Assembly: GCA_965112735.1 (NCBI GenBank)
Contig: OZ218959.1
Span: 1,302,001 to 1,366,000, forward strand
DNA from: Phaeosaccion multiseriatum
Lineage: Eukaryota > Protista > Ochrophyta, other classes
Length of the DNA stretch: 64,000 bases
Direction: 5' to 3'
Shown: in pieces, positions 59,301 to 64,000 of the stretch
Position numbering within the stretch: the stretch's first letter is position 1
Layout of the letters: every line of letters begins with the position of its first letter
Made by a program: the position numbers and the translations under genes
Notes under the pieces: model-generated
What the model saw: only the letters and a program-made list of their open reading frames with translations
The model's database searches: none
What the model was told of the DNA's origin: nothing

Positions 59301-62300
59301 CACTCCCGTCTACCCCCCCGCACCCCCGCACGAACTCGCACCACCTCAGCTGCAACAAGCTCCGAGAGCTCCCTGCCGGCTTTGGTGAACTCGTCTGTCT
59401 GACCTCTCTCAATGTCGAGAACAATCGCCTCAGTACGCTGCCCGCCAGCATGCTCTCGCTTGGAAAGGTGCTGAAGGTGCTCAACCTTCGAGGCAACAAC
59501 TTTGCGGAGCTTCCCTACCGGTGAGGGGGTGGTAGTAAGTCAATGGGTGGGTGGGTGGGTGGGTGAGCGAGTGGGTGAGCGGAGGGAGGGCATGGCAGTG
59601 GATGGTCAGGGGTGAGGTGTCTTCATTGATAAGCTGGGACAAGTAGAGTCTAAAGCGAATCTGAAACTGAACTCCCCTCTCCCTCCCTCCCACCCACCCT
59701 CCCTCCCTCCCTCCCTCCCTCCCTCCCTCCCTCCCTCCATCCCTCCCTCCCTCCCTCCCTCCCTCCCTCCCTCCCTCCCTCCCTCCCTCCCTCCCTCCCT
59801 CCCTCCCTCCCTCCCTCCCTCCCTCCCTCCCTCCCTCCCTCCCTCCCTCCCTCCCTCCCTCCCTCCCTCCCTCCCTCCCTCCCTCCCTCCGCTTCCCTCA
59901 ACCCCCACAGCTTCGGTGACCTCAAGTCTCTTGAGTGGCTCGACCTCGCCATGAACATCCTCAAGACCCTCCCTTCCACCTTCGTCCTCCTCACGCAACT
60001 CAAGTACCTCAACCTTGAGAGCAACGGCCTTGCTCACCTCGACATCCCCCCCGCGCTGCGGACGGATGACGGGAGGGATGGTGCCGCTAATTGGAAGCGT
60101 CGGTACATACGGGAGGTGAGGGGGAGGAGGAGGAGGAGGAAGAGGAGGAGGAGGAGGAGGAGGAGGAGGAGGAGGAGGAGGAGGAGGAGGAGGAGGAGGA
60201 GGAGGAGGAGGAGGAGGAGGAGGGGGACAGAGAAAGTAGTCCTCTTGGGTGTGGGCGGGGATGGCATATATGTGTGTGTGTCTCTGTGTGTGTGTGCTTT
60301 CTTCCTCCCTCCCTCCCTCCCTCCCTCCCTCCCTCCCTCCCTTCCTTCTCTCCCATCCACCACCCCTTGCCCACTCCCCCTCCCTCCCTCCCTCCCTCCC
60401 TCCCTCCCTCCCTCCCTCCCTCTCTCCCTTCCCCTCCCCTCCCCTTCCTCCCTCCCTCTAGAGAAAAGCAGAGATGTGGGTCAACGATGTCACTGGCCAG
60501 ACCAGTGACGTTGATCCCACCCAACCCCCCGCGATCAAGCACCCGGGAAAGCTCAAGGAAGGGACAGTGCTGTACAATGTACGGAGGAAGGCCCTGGCAG
60601 AAGCAGGCGTGTACGGTGCGTGCATGCTCTGTATCACCAACTGCTCTGCTTGCCTGTCATGTCATCACTGGTCTTTCCTTGTCTTTTTCTCCGGTCTTGT
60701 CTTGGCGTGTCTATTCTCTTGCCTCCTCTTCCTTGGCTCTGTTCTGTATCACCAACTGCTCTACTCTTGTCGTGTCTCGTCTCTCTTCGTCTTTTGCAGC
60801 CCCTCTTTGTATACCGACGCGCTTTCCCCTTACCTCCCCTCCCTCCCTCCTTCCCTCTTTCCTCCCTCCCTCCCTCCCACCCACCCTCTCCCTCCCTCCC
60901 TCCCTCCCTCGCTCCCTCCCTCCCTCCCTCCCTCCCTCGCTCCCTCCCTCCCTCCCTCCCTCCCTCCCTCCCTCCCTCCCTCCCTCCCTCCCTCCCTCCC
61001 TCCCTCCCTCCCTCCCTCCCTCCCTCCCCCCCTGCGCAACACACAGAGTGGGAGGCGATGATGGACCCATCCACCGGCGGTGTCATGTACCGCAATAACG
61101 TCAATGGGGTCAAGCAGCGCTCCACCCCCCCATGCGTAGATCAGTTCGGCTGCCTCGCCGCCCTCACCACCCTCAAGATCAGCCACAACAAGATGCAGGC
61201 TCTGCCGGACAGGTGTGTTACGTGTGTACTTACGTAATGTACCTATGTAATGAGGTCGATAGATGGGGTCGATATAGTGGTCGGTATGGGGGTCGAGTTA
61301 GGTGTAGATGTATCGATCATCACTCTTTCGTACAGAAGGGTCGTACGTAAGGGTCCCTACGAAAGGCCCATACAAATCGACCTCTATATCGACCATATAT
61401 CGACCTCCTCCTGTATGGATGGGTTGCTACATCGCACAGGCAGGCAGGCAGGCAGGCAGGCAGGGAGGGCAGGAGGGAGGGAGGGCAGGGGGGAGGGAGG
61501 GCAAGAGGGATTACGCAAAGGGGGTGTCCTCATCGCAGACCCCCAGGGCTCTCAATGGACAAGTATCAGCGAATGCAGAGATCGACATACACTGTCGATA
61601 TCGATTACATATACCCCCGAACCAATCAATCAATCAATCATCCACTCGTCCCCAATCGCACCCCCCCCCCCACCGAAGTCACACGCACACTCGTGGCTCT
61701 TATCTGACCCCCACCCCCTCCCACCCCCTCTCCTCCCCCCACCACCAGCATCTCCCAATGTCAGTGGATGGAGGTTTTGGAGTGCAAGGACAACGTTCTG
61801 GCGTCCCTCCCTACCGGCCTAGGGGGCATGCAGCGGCTACGGAGGCTGCGCCTTGATCAAAACAACCTCACTCGGCTCCCGAGCAGCTTGGGGCAGTGCG
61901 GCTTGCTGGAGGAGCTCAGCGTAACGTCCAATGTCTTTAGCGTCTTTCCGGACTTTATACAAGCCTTGACTTCGCTTCGGCGCCTGGGTGAGGAGGGAGG
62001 GAGGGAGGAGAAAGGGAAGGAACGAGGGGGTGGGGTGGGTAGGGTGAAGGGAGAGAGGAAGGAACGGAGGGAGGGAGAGAGGGAGGGAGACACACGTGCC
62101 ACCTCTGTATTTTGTCCTCATCTTCGGCCGTCGCCTTATCTTTTCCCGCTCCCTCCCTCCCTCCCTCCCCCCTCCCTCCATCCCTTCCTCCCTCCTTCCC
62201 TCCCTTCCTCCCTCCCTCCTTCCCTCCCTCCCTCCTTCCCTCCCTCCCTCCCTCCCTCCCTCCCTCCCTCCCTCCCTCCCTCCCTCCCTCCCTCCCTCCC

Positions 62301-63051
62301 TCCCTCTCTCTCTCTCTACCCTCCCTTCCTCCCTCCCTCCCTCCACCCCCTCTCCCCTCCCTCACCTCCCCCCCTAGGCCTGGGCAACAACAACCTCAAG
62401 AAGCTTCCCTATGCGGTGGGCTTCCTCACGCAACTCACAGATCTGGAGCTGTATAACAACCCGCTCAAAGGGTTTCCGCCCGAGATACTCATGCAGGTCA
62501 GTCCGTCAAATGCGATAGCATCCGTCTATCTACCTATTTGTCTGTCTATCTATCTATCTTCTATCTCTAGTGTATCCATCTATCATCTATCTTTCTATCT
62601 ATCATTCTGTCTATCTATCTGTCTGTCTATCTATCCCTCTATCTATCTATCTATCTATCCCTCTGTCTATCTATCTATCTATCCATCCATCCATCCATGT
62701 GTCTATCTATCTATCCATCCATCTATCTATCCATCTATCTATCCGTCCATCTATCCATCCATCTATCTATCCATCCATCCATCCATGTGTCTATCTATCT
62801 ATCCATCCATCCATCTATCCATCTATCTATCCATCCATCTATCCATCCATCTATCTATCTATCCATCTATCCACCTGTCTATCTGTCCATCCCGCCCACC
62901 CACCCATTTCCCTATCTGCGGCGTCCGTTGCCCCTGTGTGCCCCTTCACTGACTTACTGCAGGGCATGGACAGCATACTGTGGGAGTGCCGTCAGCGCTA
63001 TTGGGCCATCCAAAGAGGAGCCCCACCGGAGATGAAGGTCTGTGAGTGTGT

Positions 63052-63083
<32 letters not shown>

Positions 63084-64000
63084 CTGTGTGAGTGTGTGTA
63101 TGTGTGTATGTGTGTGTGTGTGTGTGTCTGTGTGTGTCTGTGTGTGTCTGTGCGTGTGTGTGCCTGTGTGTGTGCCTGTGTGTGTGGGTGTGTGCGTGTC
63201 ATCCACGCTTTAGTATCCGACCCTGCCTACTCCCACTCCTCTCCCTCCCTCCATCTCCCCCCCCCTCTCCATCCTTCCCTCAGGTCCATGGCTACGGTAT
63301 TCAGAATGAGAAGCTCCAACTGTACCCAGAGGTGCGTGATACTCTCGCGACTGTCCACTCCTGTAAAACGATGTGAATCAATGTCAAGCGTTCTCAAGTC
63401 CTTGCTAAAGCCCCACATTCTGAGGTGGAAGGAGGGGCATCCTCCTCCTCCTCCTCCTCTTCTTCTTCTTCTTCTTCTTCTTCTTCTTCTTCTTCTTCTT
63501 CTTCTTCTTCTTCTTCTTCTTCTTCTTCTTCTTCTTCTTCTTCTTCTTCTTCTTCTTCTTCTTCTTCTTCTTCTTCTTCTTCTTCTTCTTCTTCTTCTTC
63601 TTCTTCTTCTTCTTCTTCTTCTTCTTCTTCTTCTTCTTCTTCTTCTTCTTCTTCTTCTTCTTCTTCTTCTTCTTCTTCTTCTTCTTCTTCTTCTTCTTCT
63701 TCTTCTTCTTCTTCTTCTTCTTCTTCTTCTTCTTCTTCTTCTTCTTCTTCTTCTTCTTCTTCTTCTAACCTTCTTCCTCCTCCTCCCCCCCCTCCCCTCC
63801 CCTCCCTCCCTCCCATTCACACCCCCCTAAGTTCCAACGCAAAATCTCCGCGTCTGTGAAAGCGGCCAAGAATACCGGCTCCTTCGTGGAGATGATGGTG
63901 GGCCTCGCCTTCCTCCCTCTCGGCTTGTATGACGAAGACACCGCCCCCGAGCTCCTCACCATTGTGGTGCGTGATGCCTTACCTTCCCTGCTTACTCATA
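55827..64000 (+). CDS. Large multi-exon leucine-rich-repeat protein with N-terminal coiled coil and two WW-like inserts; continues beyond the window
   Basis: In-phase GT-AG exons give LRRs such as [68 protein letters not shown] and [29 protein letters not shown]. Confidence 0.88.
58833..59325. repeat. Pentanucleotide satellite (CACTC/CACTT/CCCTC)n in an LRR-gene intron
   Basis: Seen directly. Confidence 0.9.
61252..61407. repeat. Fold-back element with ~39-bp imperfect inverted arms built from GGTCGAT/ATCGACC units
   Basis: Left arm 61252-61290 is complementary to right arm 61367-61407. Confidence 0.6.
63458..63766. repeat. Uninterrupted (CTT)n/(GAA)n tract, about 100 units, in an LRR-gene intron
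   Basis: Seen directly. Confidence 0.95.

Noticed and set aside
9058-63859. Many ORFs made of CV, HT, PPSL, GGRE, poly-L/E/S/R repeats
   Set aside because: Translations of intronic microsatellites, explained by the spliced gene models.

Overview
Eukaryotic, intron-rich DNA with microsatellite-filled introns, most likely from a photosynthetic stramenopile (ochrophyte): it has an ASAF-type bipartite plastid presequence on an LHC protein and on FtsY, plus plastid-type PPDK. Twelve spliced genes were reconstructed by hand: HSP20, an ApaG protein with an LYR-like N-terminus, a small At2g23090/ZNF706-like zinc finger, PPDK (17 exons), plastid FtsY, a WRKY19-like Zn-repeat/polyQ protein, PDH E1-alpha, an LHC protein, HMG-CoA lyase, MOCS2B, an MGC-acylated hypothetical protein and ABHD11. 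A thirteenth, LRR/WW-like gene runs off the end of the window. At ~14.9-25.35 kb lies an intronless, quasi-palindromic five-copy cluster of secreted Cys-module/extensin-like proteins (one with a C-type lectin domain, one pseudogene), with ~100-bp upstream arrays and a MITE-like TIR element. Most notable unannotated signals: (1) the 11-mer GTATCACCAAC occurs exactly at least 9 times, mostly between short target-site-like duplications; (2) two U18-type box C/D snoRNAs with compensatory non-canonical boxes sit in HMG-CoA lyase introns, one of them a 3'UTR intron; (3) introns are polarised, G-rich at the 5' end and C-rich at the 3' end, and many acceptors lack a polypyrimidine tract. All gene models are manual and lack transcript support.
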